Positions 9,051-18,332 of a stretch of DNA of 64,000 nucleotides are shown here, in pieces; position 1 is the stretch's first letter; the number at the start of each line of letters is the position of its first letter. The DNA comes from Dehalococcoidia bacterium (lineage in GTDB: Bacteria; Chloroflexota; Dehalococcoidia; Lucifugimonadales; UBA1127), in assembly GCA_965249315.1 (NCBI GenBank), contig OZ252225.1, positions 1,255,973 to 1,319,972 of the forward strand, read 5' to 3'. The notes under the pieces are model-generated. The model was given only the letters and a program-made list of their open reading frames with translations, had not been told where the DNA came from and ran no database searches. Both the position numbers and the translations under genes were made by a program.

Positions 9051-10219
9051 GGGCTAGATTCTCCCAATCGTATCCCAGTTGGCGGCCTACGGGCTGTGAA
9101 CCTCCGCATGAACTCCAGGTTCGCCTTCAGAGTATCTCCCGCCACCACAACAAGTCCCAGCTTCTTCAAGGCATTGATGTCCCGCGTCAGAGTCTTGGTT
9201 GTGACACCCCTGTAGAGGGCGGAAAGGGGGTGTCCTCCGGCCCGCAACGCTCCAAGGGAAATAGGCTCGCGTCCCAGTCCAAGAAGAAACATGAACTGTC
9301 TTTTTCCAACGGGCGTACCCAGCTTGTTCTCTCCAGAGAGAGCTTCCCGAGCATAGTCTCTGAACGAAATGAGCCGGACTTCCCGCAGGACTTCTGCATG
9401 TACCTCCTCCAGCTCTTCAACCAACCCTCGGAGCGCAAAGAGGACGAAGGGTGTGAGGTCCGGGTCAGTTTGGAACCTGACCCTGTCCAGCTCCTCGAAG
9501 TACTGTGGCCGATTTCGATAGTAGAAATTGGCCAGGGAATAAAAGCCTCGTGCATTGATCCCTGCCAGGTACAACAGGTAGCTCTCCACGGCGCGGGAGG
9601 TACGGCCATTCCCATCGCCGAACGGGTGGATGCTGATGACGTAGAAGTGGGCGGCGACCGCACGAACTATCGGGTCCCATGCGGCTGGCGCTCCCGTGGC
9701 GAACCACCGCATGAACTCCGCCATGAGCCGGGCGACCTCTTCGCCATCCTCTGGAGGCACGTAGCTGCCAGCCACCACCCGATGGGTCCTGTACCGGCCA
9801 GGTACGTTGTAGAGGTAATCAATATTGTGGGTGACAATGGAATGGATGGCCTGCACAAGCGCTTCACTCAGCGGCGCTCCCTGGGCGTTCTCCAACGTTT
9901 CGGCCACAGCGTGCATGAGGGCCGCGGCGTTCTTCACCTCCTGCTCTTCCCGCTCACGGCTGCCGGCCAGGACCCGCGTTCCTGCGGGCGCATCCAGGAC
10001 CTCACCGACCTCCTCCTCGGACAGCTCGACCCCCTCAATGCCGGTGGTCCCCCGGACCGCTCTCACGATGTTCAGACGGTCCAGTCGCTCCTGTAGGTGA
10101 GGAGGAATGGGGATGCCGTGGATTACGGAGGCAAGCGCTCGAGCCTTGGCTACGAGGCCGACAAGCTCAGGGTCTCCCGTCCGAACGTGCATGTCGAAAT
10201 GGACATTCCACCTGGGCAC
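9047..10219 (-). CDS. Fic family protein (class II-like) with C-terminal winged-helix-like tail
   Basis: Canonical HPFGDGNGRTSR; inhibitory-type motif TTGIEG; tail TTKTLTRDINALKKLGLV; visibly lower GC than neighbours. Confidence 0.9.
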   Translation of the reverse strand: MPRWNVHFDMHVRTGDPELVGLVAKARALASVIHGIPIPPHLQERLDRLNIVRAVRGTTGIEGVELSEEEVGEVLDAPAGTRVLAGSREREEQEVKNAAALMHAVAETLENAQGAPLSEALVQAIHSIVTHNIDYLYNVPGRYRTHRVVAGSYVPPEDGEEVARLMAEFMRWFATGAPAAWDPIVRAVAAHFYVISIHPFGDGNGRTSRAVESYLLYLAGINARGFYSLANFYYRNRPQYFEELDRVRFQTDPDLTPFVLFALRGLVEELEEVHAEVLREVRLISFRDYAREALSGENKLGTPVGKRQFMFLLGLGREPISLGALRAGGHPLSALYRGVTTKTLTRDINALKKLGLVVVAGDTLKANLEFMRRFTARRPPTGIRLGESSP

Positions 10220-10237
10220 TCTGTGGACTCCTTTTCA

Positions 10238-10337
10238 GTGGACAGTGTCCCGGACAGTGTCCACTTGTATATTCTATCTGGAGTATATTTGCAAATAGCG
10301 GACATGGGAATGGACAGTGTCCCGTACAATGTCCGCT
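10238..10337 (-). promoter_or_regulatory. putative fic promoter flanked by GGACAGTGTCC operator-like palindromes
   Basis: GGACAGTGTCC at 10240, 10252 and 10312, degenerate copies at 10300 and 10324; minus-strand TTGCAA-17 nt-TATACA lies between the two groups. Confidence 0.55.
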
Positions 10338-10354
10338 CTTGGGGTCGGAGTGGG

Positions 10355-11317
10355 CTAGGTGACGACGTGGGTGGGAGCGCCGCTGAGCCAGGCCTCGATG
10401 TTCTCTGCGACCATCTCCAGGCCCCGCAGGCCGGCCTCCGGCGTCATGGCCGCGTTGTGGGGCGACAGCACGACGTTGTCGAGCGCGGCCAGGGGGTGTC
10501 CCAGGGGAAGAGGCTCCTCGCTGTAGGCGTCCAGCCCTGCGCCGGCCAACCGGCCCTCCCGCAGGGCCTCGGCAAGGGCCTCCTCATCCACGATGGCGCC
10601 CCGGGCCGTGTTCACCAGCAGCGCCGTCGGCTTCATCAGGGACAACTCGCGGCGGCCTAGGAGCCCGCGGCTGCGCTCGGAGATGGGGAGGTGGAGCGAG
10701 ACGACGTCGGCGGAGCGCAGCAGCTCCTCGAGGGGTACGAAGGGCGCTCCGAACTCCTCTGCGCGATCGGTGGAGGGGCGGAAGGTCCAGGCCAGCACCT
10801 CCATCCCCAGGGACCGCCCAAGCTCGGCCATACGCTTCCCGATGGGACCGGCGCCAACGACGCCCAATGTCTTGCCCGCAAGCTGCACCACGGGGCTGCG
10901 GGCCCAGCTCCCCTCCCGCACGGCGCGGTCGTTCTGCGGCAGCGCCCGGGCGACGGCGAGGGCCAGGCCTAGGGCATGCTCCGCCACGGCCAGCGTGGAG
11001 TGGCCCGGCGTGTTGGTGACGACCACGCCGCGGTCCCCACAGGCCGCTAGGTCCACGTTGTCGACGCCCACACCGAGGACTGCGACATACCGCAACTCCG
11101 GGCAGGCGGCCACGACGTCGGCGCTGAAGGGCGACGAGGAGCGGATGTTGACGGCCACGTGCGCTCCCTGGAGCCGCTCGGCGAGGGTGGCCGGGTCCGA
11201 GGCGATGGAGTCGTAGAGGGTCACGTCGCCCAGCGCCCGTAATCGGGCCTCGACGGGAGTGCCCGCCAAGGCAGGCGGCGCGTCGTCCGGGACGACGATG
11301 CGAAGCGGGGGCGTCAT
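10355..11317 (-). CDS. D-isomer-specific 2-hydroxyacid dehydrogenase (phosphoglycerate dehydrogenase-like)
   Basis: GVGVDNVDL, GVVGAGPIG, LVNTARG, AGLDAYSEEP, LSPHNA. Confidence 0.92.
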   Translation of the reverse strand: MTPPLRIVVPDDAPPALAGTPVEARLRALGDVTLYDSIASDPATLAERLQGAHVAVNIRSSSPFSADVVAACPELRYVAVLGVGVDNVDLAACGDRGVVVTNTPGHSTLAVAEHALGLALAVARALPQNDRAVREGSWARSPVVQLAGKTLGVVGAGPIGKRMAELGRSLGMEVLAWTFRPSTDRAEEFGAPFVPLEELLRSADVVSLHLPISERSRGLLGRRELSLMKPTALLVNTARGAIVDEEALAEALREGRLAGAGLDAYSEEPLPLGHPLAALDNVVLSPHNAAMTPEAGLRGLEMVAENIEAWLSGAPTHVVT

Positions 11318-12255
11318 CGGGCGACCGCGGGCTCAAGCCGCGCACCGGCCTCGTCCCGGCGAAGCTTTGCCAGGCGCTCCTCGGCGCGACGGCAGTAGTC
11401 GGCGGAGACGTCGTAGCCAACGAAGCGCCGTCCCGCCCGCGCTGCGGCGACCGCGGTGGCGCCGACGCCCATGAAGGGGTCCAGCACGACCTCTCCCTCG
11501 TAGGTGTAGAGTTGGATGCAGCGGTAGGGCAGTTCCACGGGGAAGGGCGCCGGGTGGCCGATCCTTCGCGCCGACTCGGCGGGGAAGGTCCAGACGCTCT
11601 TCGTGTACTCCAGGAACTCGACATCCGTGATGGTGGGCTCCCGTCCGGGCAGCTTGGGGCGGCGGTAGGTCTCCTTGCAGAAGACCAGGATGTACTCGTG
11701 GGTGTCCCGCAGGGTGGGGTTGGAGGCGGAGCGCCAGCTGCCCCATGCGGTGGAGGCGGCGGCGGAGGCGCCCTTGTCCCAGATGACTTCGCCTCGCATG
11801 AGAAAACCCACGTCGGCTGCGTCTTGTGCCACGTACAGGTGCAGGGGAACGTAGGGCCTCCGGCCCAGGTTGGCGACGTTGATGCACAGACGGCCGCCAG
11901 GCACCAGGACCCGGTAGGTCTCCGCCATCACCCGTTGGAGCAGGCCCCGGTAGTCCGCGAGGGAGAGGTCTTGGTCGTACTCCTTGCCGACGTTGTAGGG
12001 GGGCGAGGTGACGGCGAGGTGGACGGAGCAGTCCGGCAACTCCTCCATACGCTCGCTGGTGTGAGGGAAGATGCGGTCAGCGACGTCGGGTGGCAGGGGA
12101 GTCTCGCAGTACTCCACGTTCTTCTCGGACTGCGCGTCCGGGTAGAGTCGCCTGCGGTAGAAGGCGGAGGAGTCGTGGCTTATGCGCCCCGACGAGCCGA
12201 AGGCGCTGGTGTGCGTGCCCCTACCGCTTCGGCGCTGTGCCCGGCGTTCCGCCAT
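11314..12255 (-). CDS. orphan beta-class amino-DNA methyltransferase (probably N4-cytosine)
   Basis: TSPPY precedes HPAPFP and DPFMGVGAT; start MAERR follows an extended -10 (TGcTATAAT, minus strand, about 12286-12294). Confidence 0.88.
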   Translation of the reverse strand: MAERRAQRRSGRGTHTSAFGSSGRISHDSSAFYRRRLYPDAQSEKNVEYCETPLPPDVADRIFPHTSERMEELPDCSVHLAVTSPPYNVGKEYDQDLSLADYRGLLQRVMAETYRVLVPGGRLCINVANLGRRPYVPLHLYVAQDAADVGFLMRGEVIWDKGASAAASTAWGSWRSASNPTLRDTHEYILVFCKETYRRPKLPGREPTITDVEFLEYTKSVWTFPAESARRIGHPAPFPVELPYRCIQLYTYEGEVVLDPFMGVGATAVAAARAGRRFVGYDVSADYCRRAEERLAKLRRDEAGARLEPAVAR

Positions 12256-12298
12256 AAGCGACCCGCTCCCCACTAGGCTGGGGGAATTATAGCAGGGT

Positions 12299-12440
12299 TG
12301 GGCCCGCCCACTCGCCCTTGATATTGCTGGGGGCGCGGCCCCCAGACCCCACGGCAGTGCTCTGTCCCCTCTGGGTGCTGGCGCTCTCGGAACGACGAAG
12401 GGGAACGCCCTCACCCCTGCCCTCTCCCAGAGGGGGAGAG
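12299..12440 (+). repeat. intergenic palindromic mosaic repeat
   Basis: TTGGGCCCGCCCACTCGCCC, CTGGGGGCGCGGCCCCCAGACCCC, CCCTCACCCCTGCCCTCTCCCAGAGGGGGAGAG. Confidence 0.75.
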
Positions 12441-12454
12441 CCGTTGCATCCCGG

Positions 12455-13387
12455 CTACCACCAGAGGCGGTTGTCGGGGTCGCCGTGGACGCGGAGAAGC
12501 GGCTCGGCGCCGAGAAGCGTGGGAGTATAGCGCCAGCCGGTGTCGGCGAGCAGGGCGACCACGTTGCCCCGGTCCATGCGACGGGCCACGCGGAGGGCGG
12601 CGTGGAGCACGGCCCCGGAGGAGACTCCGGCGAAGAGCCCTTCTCGCTCCAGCAGGGTCCGCATGGCGCTGAAGCTCTGGGCGCTGTCGACCAGGAAACG
12701 GCTGTCCAGGAGGGCCTCGTCCAGCAGGGGCGGCGTGTAGCCCTCCTCCAGGCTGCGAATGCCCTGGATCTGGTCGCCCAGCTGCGGCGTGACGCCAATG
12801 ATCCGGCGTCGGGGGTTGTCCTCCTTGAGTCGCCGACCGACGCCGGTTATCGTGCCTCCCGTGCCGATGCCGGCGACGAAGGCGTCGACGTCGGGCAGAG
12901 CGTCCAGGACCTCCTGGCCCGTCGTCTCGTAGTGGGCGCGAACGTTGGCCTGGGCCTGGAACTGGCGGGTGGCGTAGCAGCCGGGCTCTTCGGCCAAGCG
13001 CAGGGCCCTTTCGATGGGCCCGCGCATCCCCGCCTCGAACGGGGCGGGGACCACCCGGGCGCCCAAAAGGCCGAGCATCTCCGTCACGCCCGGCGCGACC
13101 ATGGGCGGCGCAACGACCACCAGGCCGTACCCCTTCTGCTTGGCCACCAGTGCCAGGGAGAGGGCCATGTTGCCGGTGCTGGCCTCGACCAGAGTCATCC
13201 CCGGCTGCAGGTCGCCCCGGGCCTCCGCCTCCTCAACGATGGCACGGGCAACGCGGTCCTTGATGCTCCCCGTGGGGTTTAGGCCCTCCAGCTTGGCGTA
13301 GAGTCGCACCCCAGGCTTGGGGCTGAGGTGTGTGAGCTCCACCAGGGGCGTGTTGCCGATGGTGTCGAGGATGCTTGAAGAGGTCAT
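12455..13387 (-). CDS. cysM: PLP-dependent cysteine synthase (CysM-like)
   Basis: IGNTPLVEL, KLEGLNPTGSIKDR, ASTGN, GIGTGGT, GVSSGA; C-terminal ...RLWW tail recalls actinobacterial CysM. Confidence 0.8.
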   Translation of the reverse strand: MTSSSILDTIGNTPLVELTHLSPKPGVRLYAKLEGLNPTGSIKDRVARAIVEEAEARGDLQPGMTLVEASTGNMALSLALVAKQKGYGLVVVAPPMVAPGVTEMLGLLGARVVPAPFEAGMRGPIERALRLAEEPGCYATRQFQAQANVRAHYETTGQEVLDALPDVDAFVAGIGTGGTITGVGRRLKEDNPRRRIIGVTPQLGDQIQGIRSLEEGYTPPLLDEALLDSRFLVDSAQSFSAMRTLLEREGLFAGVSSGAVLHAALRVARRMDRGNVVALLADTGWRYTPTLLGAEPLLRVHGDPDNRLWW

Positions 13388-13412
13388 GTACGCTCCCGCG
13401 TGAAGGTGTGTG

Positions 13413-13565
13413 CCCTCACCCCGCCCTCTCCAGAGAGACCTTTGCGCAATGGCGGGCTTTGGAAAGCCCACCCACCCGCCCGATGTTTTTCTTCTGGGGG
13501 CTGCGCTCCCAGACCCCCTCTGCCAGCGCTCTCTCACCCCAGTTGTCTCCCGGAGGAGAGAGAGT
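13413..13565 (+). repeat. intergenic palindromic mosaic repeat
   Basis: CCCTCACCCCGCCCTCTCC, GCCCACCCACCCGCCC, TTTTTCTTCTGGGGGCTGCGCTCCCAGACCCCC. Confidence 0.75.
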
Positions 13566-13738
13566 TACGCAAGGGTCCCCAGAGAGGGGACGTGTACTGT
13601 CTCCACGCGGGATTGTAGTTACCCGTCGGCTGGCAGTAAACCGCCAGCAACAACGCAGTGCGAAGCGGATGGCCGAGGCTCCTCCAGAGGCTGATACAAT
13701 GAGGGGGTCACCCGTCTCCCGGCGGTCATGGGGGTCCC

Positions 13739-14914
13739 ATGCACCTGACGCACCTGACGTTGCGGAACTTTCGCAACTACCGTTCGCTCGACCTGGAGCT
13801 GGCGCCGGGCCTGACAGTCCTGGCGGGCGACAACGCCCAGGGAAAGAGCAACCTGCTGGAGGCGATCTACCTCCTGGCCCTGACCAAATCCCACCGGGCC
13901 GAGAACGACCGGGAGACGGTGCGCATCGAGAGCCTGGAGGACGAGCCGTACACGCGGGTGGCGGGCACCGCTCGGCTTCGGGACGGAAGCGATCTGCGGG
14001 TGCAGGTCGACATGGGGCTTCCCCAGCCGGGCGCGGCGCCGGGTGCTGGGCCCGGAGGCGGGACGCTTAGCAAGCGGCTGCGGGTCAACAGGGCGCCCAA
14101 GCCGGCTGCGGAGGTGGTGGGCATGCTCAGCGCGGTCCTCTTCTCCGCGGAGGACATCGGCCTGGTGTACGGCCCTCCGGCAGGAAGACGCCGCTTCCTG
14201 GACGTCCTCCTATCGCAGATGAGCCGCGACTATCTCCGGACGCTCCAGGGCTACCAGAAGGTGCTGGCGCAACGGAACCACCTGCTCCGGCGCATTGCGG
14301 ACGGCCACGCCCACCCGGACGAGCTCCCCTTCTGGGACGAGGAACTCTGCGTCCGCGGCGGGCAGGTGGTCCAGGAGCGGGACTGGGCAGTCAAGGCCCT
14401 GGGCCCCCTGGCCGCCGAAATCCACGCTGTCGTGGCCTCCCCGGAGCCCTCGCTGTCGGTGGTCTACGAGACGCGCGTGGCGCCCGGGGAGTCGACGGAG
14501 GAGACTGCCCAGCGGCTTCGAGACCGGCTGGAGCAGGGACGCCGCCGGGAAATCCTTCTAAAGCAGACACTGGTAGGCCCGCATCGAGACGACGTCCATC
14601 TGCTGCTGGACGGGCGGGACGCGGACCTCTACGGCTCCCGCGGCCAGTCTCGCACGGTGGCGCTGGCTCTTCGCCTGGCGGAGGCGCGACTGCTCGCCAC
14701 GCGGCGGGGCGAAGAGCCGCTCCTCCTCCTGGACGACGCGCTGGCGGAGCTGGACGCGGCCCGGAAGGAGCGACTCCTGGAGATGGCGTGCGCCTTCGAG
14801 CAGGCTCTGCTGACCACCATCGGCGGCACAGAGCACCCTACTTTGGCCTCCAGGGCCCGGGCGTGGCTGTGGGTGCGGGAGGGAACGGTCTCGCCGGCGA
14901 CCGTGGACGGGTGA
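13739..14914 (+). CDS. recF: DNA replication/repair protein RecF
   Basis: NFRNY, Walker A GDNAQGKSNLLEAI, RRRFLD, GPHRDD, GSRGQ, LLLLDDALAELD. Confidence 0.96.
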   Translation: MHLTHLTLRNFRNYRSLDLELAPGLTVLAGDNAQGKSNLLEAIYLLALTKSHRAENDRETVRIESLEDEPYTRVAGTARLRDGSDLRVQVDMGLPQPGAAPGAGPGGGTLSKRLRVNRAPKPAAEVVGMLSAVLFSAEDIGLVYGPPAGRRRFLDVLLSQMSRDYLRTLQGYQKVLAQRNHLLRRIADGHAHPDELPFWDEELCVRGGQVVQERDWAVKALGPLAAEIHAVVASPEPSLSVVYETRVAPGESTEETAQRLRDRLEQGRRREILLKQTLVGPHRDDVHLLLDGRDADLYGSRGQSRTVALALRLAEARLLATRRGEEPLLLLDDALAELDAARKERLLEMACAFEQALLTTIGGTEHPTLASRARAWLWVREGTVSPATVDG

Positions 14915-14990
14915 TTCCAGCCAGGGCCGCGTGCAGCGTCGGTACGGGGGCCGGTGCTATAATCGCAGTGCTAGTCAGTTGGAGGGCATC

Positions 14991-15551
14991 GTGCCGAAGC
15001 TGTACACGAAATACGGGGACCGCGGCGAGACGGGCCTGCTCTACGGAGGCCGGGTCCCCAAGACCGACTTGCGGGTGGAGGCGTACGGGACGGTGGACGA
15101 GGCGGTGGCGGCGCTGGGGCTGGCCCGCGCCCTCGCGACGACTCCCAGAGTGAAGCAGATCACCCTGGAGGTGCAGCGAGCGCTCTTCACCGTCGCAGCG
15201 GAGCTGGCGACCTCCCCCTCACACTACGAGACGTTCAAGACGCACTTCCGTCCCACCACGCCGGAGATGACGGCAGAGATCGAGCAGACCATCGACGCGC
15301 TGGCGGAGGAGGTGCAGCTGCCGCGCTCCTTCGTCATTCCCGGGGCGTCGGCGGCGTCCGCAGCCCTGGACATGGCCCGCTCGACTCTGCGGCGGGCCGA
15401 GCGCCGCGTGGCAGGCATGAAGGAGGAGGGGCTGCTCGCGAACGAGGAGGACCTGCGCTACCTGAACCGGGTCGCAGACCTGCTCTTTCTCCTCGCCCGT
15501 TACGAGGACAGGGCCCTTCCGCCCGAGCTGCTGACCGGGCAGGGACGCTAG
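14991..15551 (+). CDS. pduO: PduO-type cob(I)alamin adenosyltransferase
   Basis: KLYTKYGDRGETGL, RVEAYGTVDEA, ARSTLRRAERR, YLNRVADLLF; TGcTATAAT at 14955-14963 and GGAGG RBS. Confidence 0.9.
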   Translation: MPKLYTKYGDRGETGLLYGGRVPKTDLRVEAYGTVDEAVAALGLARALATTPRVKQITLEVQRALFTVAAELATSPSHYETFKTHFRPTTPEMTAEIEQTIDALAEEVQLPRSFVIPGASAASAALDMARSTLRRAERRVAGMKEEGLLANEEDLRYLNRVADLLFLLARYEDRALPPELLTGQGR

Positions 15552-15556
15552 CCTCC

Positions 15557-16321
15557 ATGCGGTCCTTCAGCGCCATGGCCCACCGAGCCCGGATGCTCTC
15601 TCAGGCCCGCGTCGCCCTCCTAGCCGCTCTGCTTGCAGCCGTGGCGGCCCTGGCCTGCGGCGGGGAGGAGCAGGCGCGGGCGGAGTGTCCGGCCGTGGGA
15701 GCGTCCTCGTACACGCCCGTGGCGTTCGCGACCAAGGACAACGTGACCCTCTGCGGACGCCTGTACGGGGCAGGTCAGCCGTCGGTGGTGCTGGCCCACA
15801 TGCAGCCGACGGACCAGGAGAGCTGGGCGGACTTCGCCGAGACGGCGGCGCAGCAGGGCTACACGGCCCTGACCTTCAACTTCCGGGGCTATGCTCCCTC
15901 GGGCGGCGAGCGGGAGATCTCCAAGCTGGACGTGGACGTGGAGGCGGCGGTGGACTTCCTGCTGCGCAGGGGCGCCAAGGGGATCTTCCTGATAGGGGCC
16001 AGCATGGGGGGTACGGCGTCCGTAAAGTATGCGTCCCGAGAGGGGGTTCTGGGCGTGGTGGCCCTGTCCGCGCCCACGGAATTCCAGGGCCTGGAAGGCC
16101 TAGAGGACGCGGGGGAAGTGACGGGGCCGAAGCTCTTCATCGCAGCCGAGGGCGACCGGAGCGCCCAGCAGGCCGCGGCGGCCTACTACGAAGCCACGCC
16201 GGAGCCTCGCATCCTGGAGATATACACGGGCAGCGACCACGGCACGAACCTCCTGGAAGGCACGCACGCCGCGCAGGTCAGGGGGCGGCTGTTGGAGTTC
16301 CTGGAGATCTACTCCCCATGA
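15557..16321 (+). CDS. alpha/beta-hydrolase lipoprotein
   Basis: Lipobox ALAC, nucleophile GASMGG, catalytic His in SDHGT. Start uncertain. Confidence 0.8.
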   Translation: MRSFSAMAHRARMLSQARVALLAALLAAVAALACGGEEQARAECPAVGASSYTPVAFATKDNVTLCGRLYGAGQPSVVLAHMQPTDQESWADFAETAAQQGYTALTFNFRGYAPSGGEREISKLDVDVEAAVDFLLRRGAKGIFLIGASMGGTASVKYASREGVLGVVALSAPTEFQGLEGLEDAGEVTGPKLFIAAEGDRSAQQAAAAYYEATPEPRILEIYTGSDHGTNLLEGTHAAQVRGRLLEFLEIYSP

Positions 16322-16944
16322 GACCAGTCCAGGTAGCTGTGGTGGACTACGGGGCCGGCAATCTGCGGAGCGTCGCCAAGGCCCTGGAGTACCTGGGGGC
16401 AGAGCCGGTGGTGACCAGCGACCCCGACGCCCTGTCGAAGGCGCAGGCCATCATTCTTCCTGGACAGGGTGCGTGCGATTCGGCGATGAGGGCGCTCGAA
16501 GACCTAGGGCTGGTCGACCCGGTGCGGCAGGCGATACGAGGGGGCGTGCCGTTCTTCGGCGTCTGCCTGGGCCTCCAGCTGCTGTTCGACGTGTCGGAGG
16601 AGGGGGACGTGGAGTGCCTCGGCATCCTTCCCGGCAGGGTCCGCCTCCTGGACGACGGGTTGAAAGTGCCGCACATGGGGTGGAGCAGCGTCTCCTTCCA
16701 GACGGACCACCCGGTGTTCGAGGGGGTGCCGCAGGAGAGCTACTTCTACTTCGTGCACAGCTACTACCCGGAGCCTGACGACGCAGGCATGGCCGCGGCC
16801 ACGGCGTCCTACGGCCGAACGTTCTGCTGCGCCGTGGCCCAGGGCACGATGATGGCCACGCAGTTCCACCCGGAGAAGAGCGGGCGGTGGGGGCTCCGGC
16901 TCTACGAGAACTTCCTCCGCTTCGTCCGGCAGCGGGCCTCCTGA
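16318..16944 (+). CDS. hisH: imidazole glycerol phosphate synthase, glutaminase subunit
   Basis: VVDYGAGNLRSV, GVCLGLQLL, KVPHMGW, YFVHSY, QFHPEKSG. Confidence 0.96.
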   Translation: MRPVQVAVVDYGAGNLRSVAKALEYLGAEPVVTSDPDALSKAQAIILPGQGACDSAMRALEDLGLVDPVRQAIRGGVPFFGVCLGLQLLFDVSEEGDVECLGILPGRVRLLDDGLKVPHMGWSSVSFQTDHPVFEGVPQESYFYFVHSYYPEPDDAGMAAATASYGRTFCCAVAQGTMMATQFHPEKSGRWGLRLYENFLRFVRQRAS

Positions 16945-16952
16945 TCCGGGCC

Positions 16953-17684
16953 ATGGAAGTCATCCCCGCCATCGACCTGAAGGGTGGCCGCTGCGTGCGG
17001 CTCTACCAGGGCGACTACAACCGGGAGCAGGTCTTCTCAGACGACCCCGTTGCAGTGGCGCTGGAGTGGCAGCGACGGGGCGCCCGACGGCTGCACATCG
17101 TGGACCTGGAGGGCGCGCGCGACGGACGCCCGGTGAACCTGGGCGCCGTAGAGGCCATCGCCGCGCAGGCCTCAGTCCCGCTCCAGGTGGGCGGGGGCAT
17201 CCGCGACCGGGCCACGGCCCAACACCTGCTGGCTGCAGGGGCGCAGCGGGTGGTCCTGGGCACCGCAGCGGTGGAGACGCCGACACTGGTGGAGGCGGTT
17301 ATGGACGGCTACGGCGCCGACGCGGTGGTCGTCTCCATCGACGCACGGGACGGCCTGGTGGCCCTCCGGGGGTGGCGGACAGCGTCCCAGGTGACCGCCC
17401 GCGATCTCCTCTCGTCGATGGTCGAGCGGGGCGTACGGCGCTTCGTCTACACGGACATCTCCAGGGACGGCACGATGACGGCGCCCAATTTCGACGCGTT
17501 GGAAGAGATTGTGGCCGCCACGCAGGGTGCGGTCCTCGCTGCGGGAGGCATCGCCTCCGTGGAGCACTTGGTCCGCCTGGCGCAGACAGGGGTGGAGGGG
17601 GCAATCGTCGGGCAGGCGCTGTACGTGGGGGCGTTCTCCCTGGCGGAAGCGCTGGACCGGGTGGGCCGCGGCGCGGCGTCCTGA
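16953..17684 (+). CDS. hisA: ProFAR isomerase
   Basis: MEVIPAIDLKGGRCVRLYQGDY, QVGGGIR, YTDISRDG. Confidence 0.96.
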   Translation: MEVIPAIDLKGGRCVRLYQGDYNREQVFSDDPVAVALEWQRRGARRLHIVDLEGARDGRPVNLGAVEAIAAQASVPLQVGGGIRDRATAQHLLAAGAQRVVLGTAAVETPTLVEAVMDGYGADAVVVSIDARDGLVALRGWRTASQVTARDLLSSMVERGVRRFVYTDISRDGTMTAPNFDALEEIVAATQGAVLAAGGIASVEHLVRLAQTGVEGAIVGQALYVGAFSLAEALDRVGRGAAS

Positions 17685-17761
17685 ACCGACTCCTCCCCCG
17701 GCCTCGGTGCGGTATACTGAGGGCCACGTCCAACGAGGCGATCACGCGGAGGAGACCAATC

Positions 17762-18325
17762 GTGCCAACAAAAGCCAAGGCGAAGAGCGCAGAGGAAGAG
17801 GTCAGCAACCCCATCGAGCATGTGGACCCCCTGCGGCTCATCGCCCTTCTACCGTTGCGCCCCCATAACGTGGTGGCGATCATTCAAGCAGGCGCAGGGC
17901 ACCTTGCGATCCCGCTGGCCAAGTACCTCTACTCCGGGAAGGTCTACGCCGTGACGGACGGCACTGAGACGGGCAGGGCGCTCAAGGAGAAGCTCACCAA
18001 GATCCGGCTGACCAACGTGGTCATCCTGCAGGAGTCCGGGCAGAGCAAAGTCCCCAAGGAGGGGCTGGACGGCATCCTCCTTCCCCTTACGCTCAACGGT
18101 GCTGCCAACAAGAAGACCTACCTGCGCAAGACGGCGGACCTACTCAAGCCCGGGGCCTGGGCGGCCGTGTTGGAGTGGTACAAGAAGGAGACGCCGGAAG
18201 GGCCGCCCGTGAGGCGGCGTCTCGATGCGGCGACGGTCATGGAGCTGGCCAAGGAGACCGGCTATCGCTTCAGCGAGCGGCGGGACTTGGACGACCAGCG
18301 TTACATGGTGGTGCTGCGGAAGTAG
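17762..18325 (+). CDS. class I SAM-methyltransferase-like protein with degenerate motif I
   Basis: [46 protein letters not shown]; GGAGA RBS before the GTG start. Confidence 0.65.
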   Translation: MPTKAKAKSAEEEVSNPIEHVDPLRLIALLPLRPHNVVAIIQAGAGHLAIPLAKYLYSGKVYAVTDGTETGRALKEKLTKIRLTNVVILQESGQSKVPKEGLDGILLPLTLNGAANKKTYLRKTADLLKPGAWAAVLEWYKKETPEGPPVRRRLDAATVMELAKETGYRFSERRDLDDQRYMVVLRK

Positions 18326-18332
18326 CGTGTCT

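Noticed and set aside
12455-13387. Sulfur-carrier (CysO/Mec)-dependent cysteine pathway cluster
   Set aside because: Only the synthase is present; no sulfur carrier, JAMM peptidase or MoeZ gene lies nearby.
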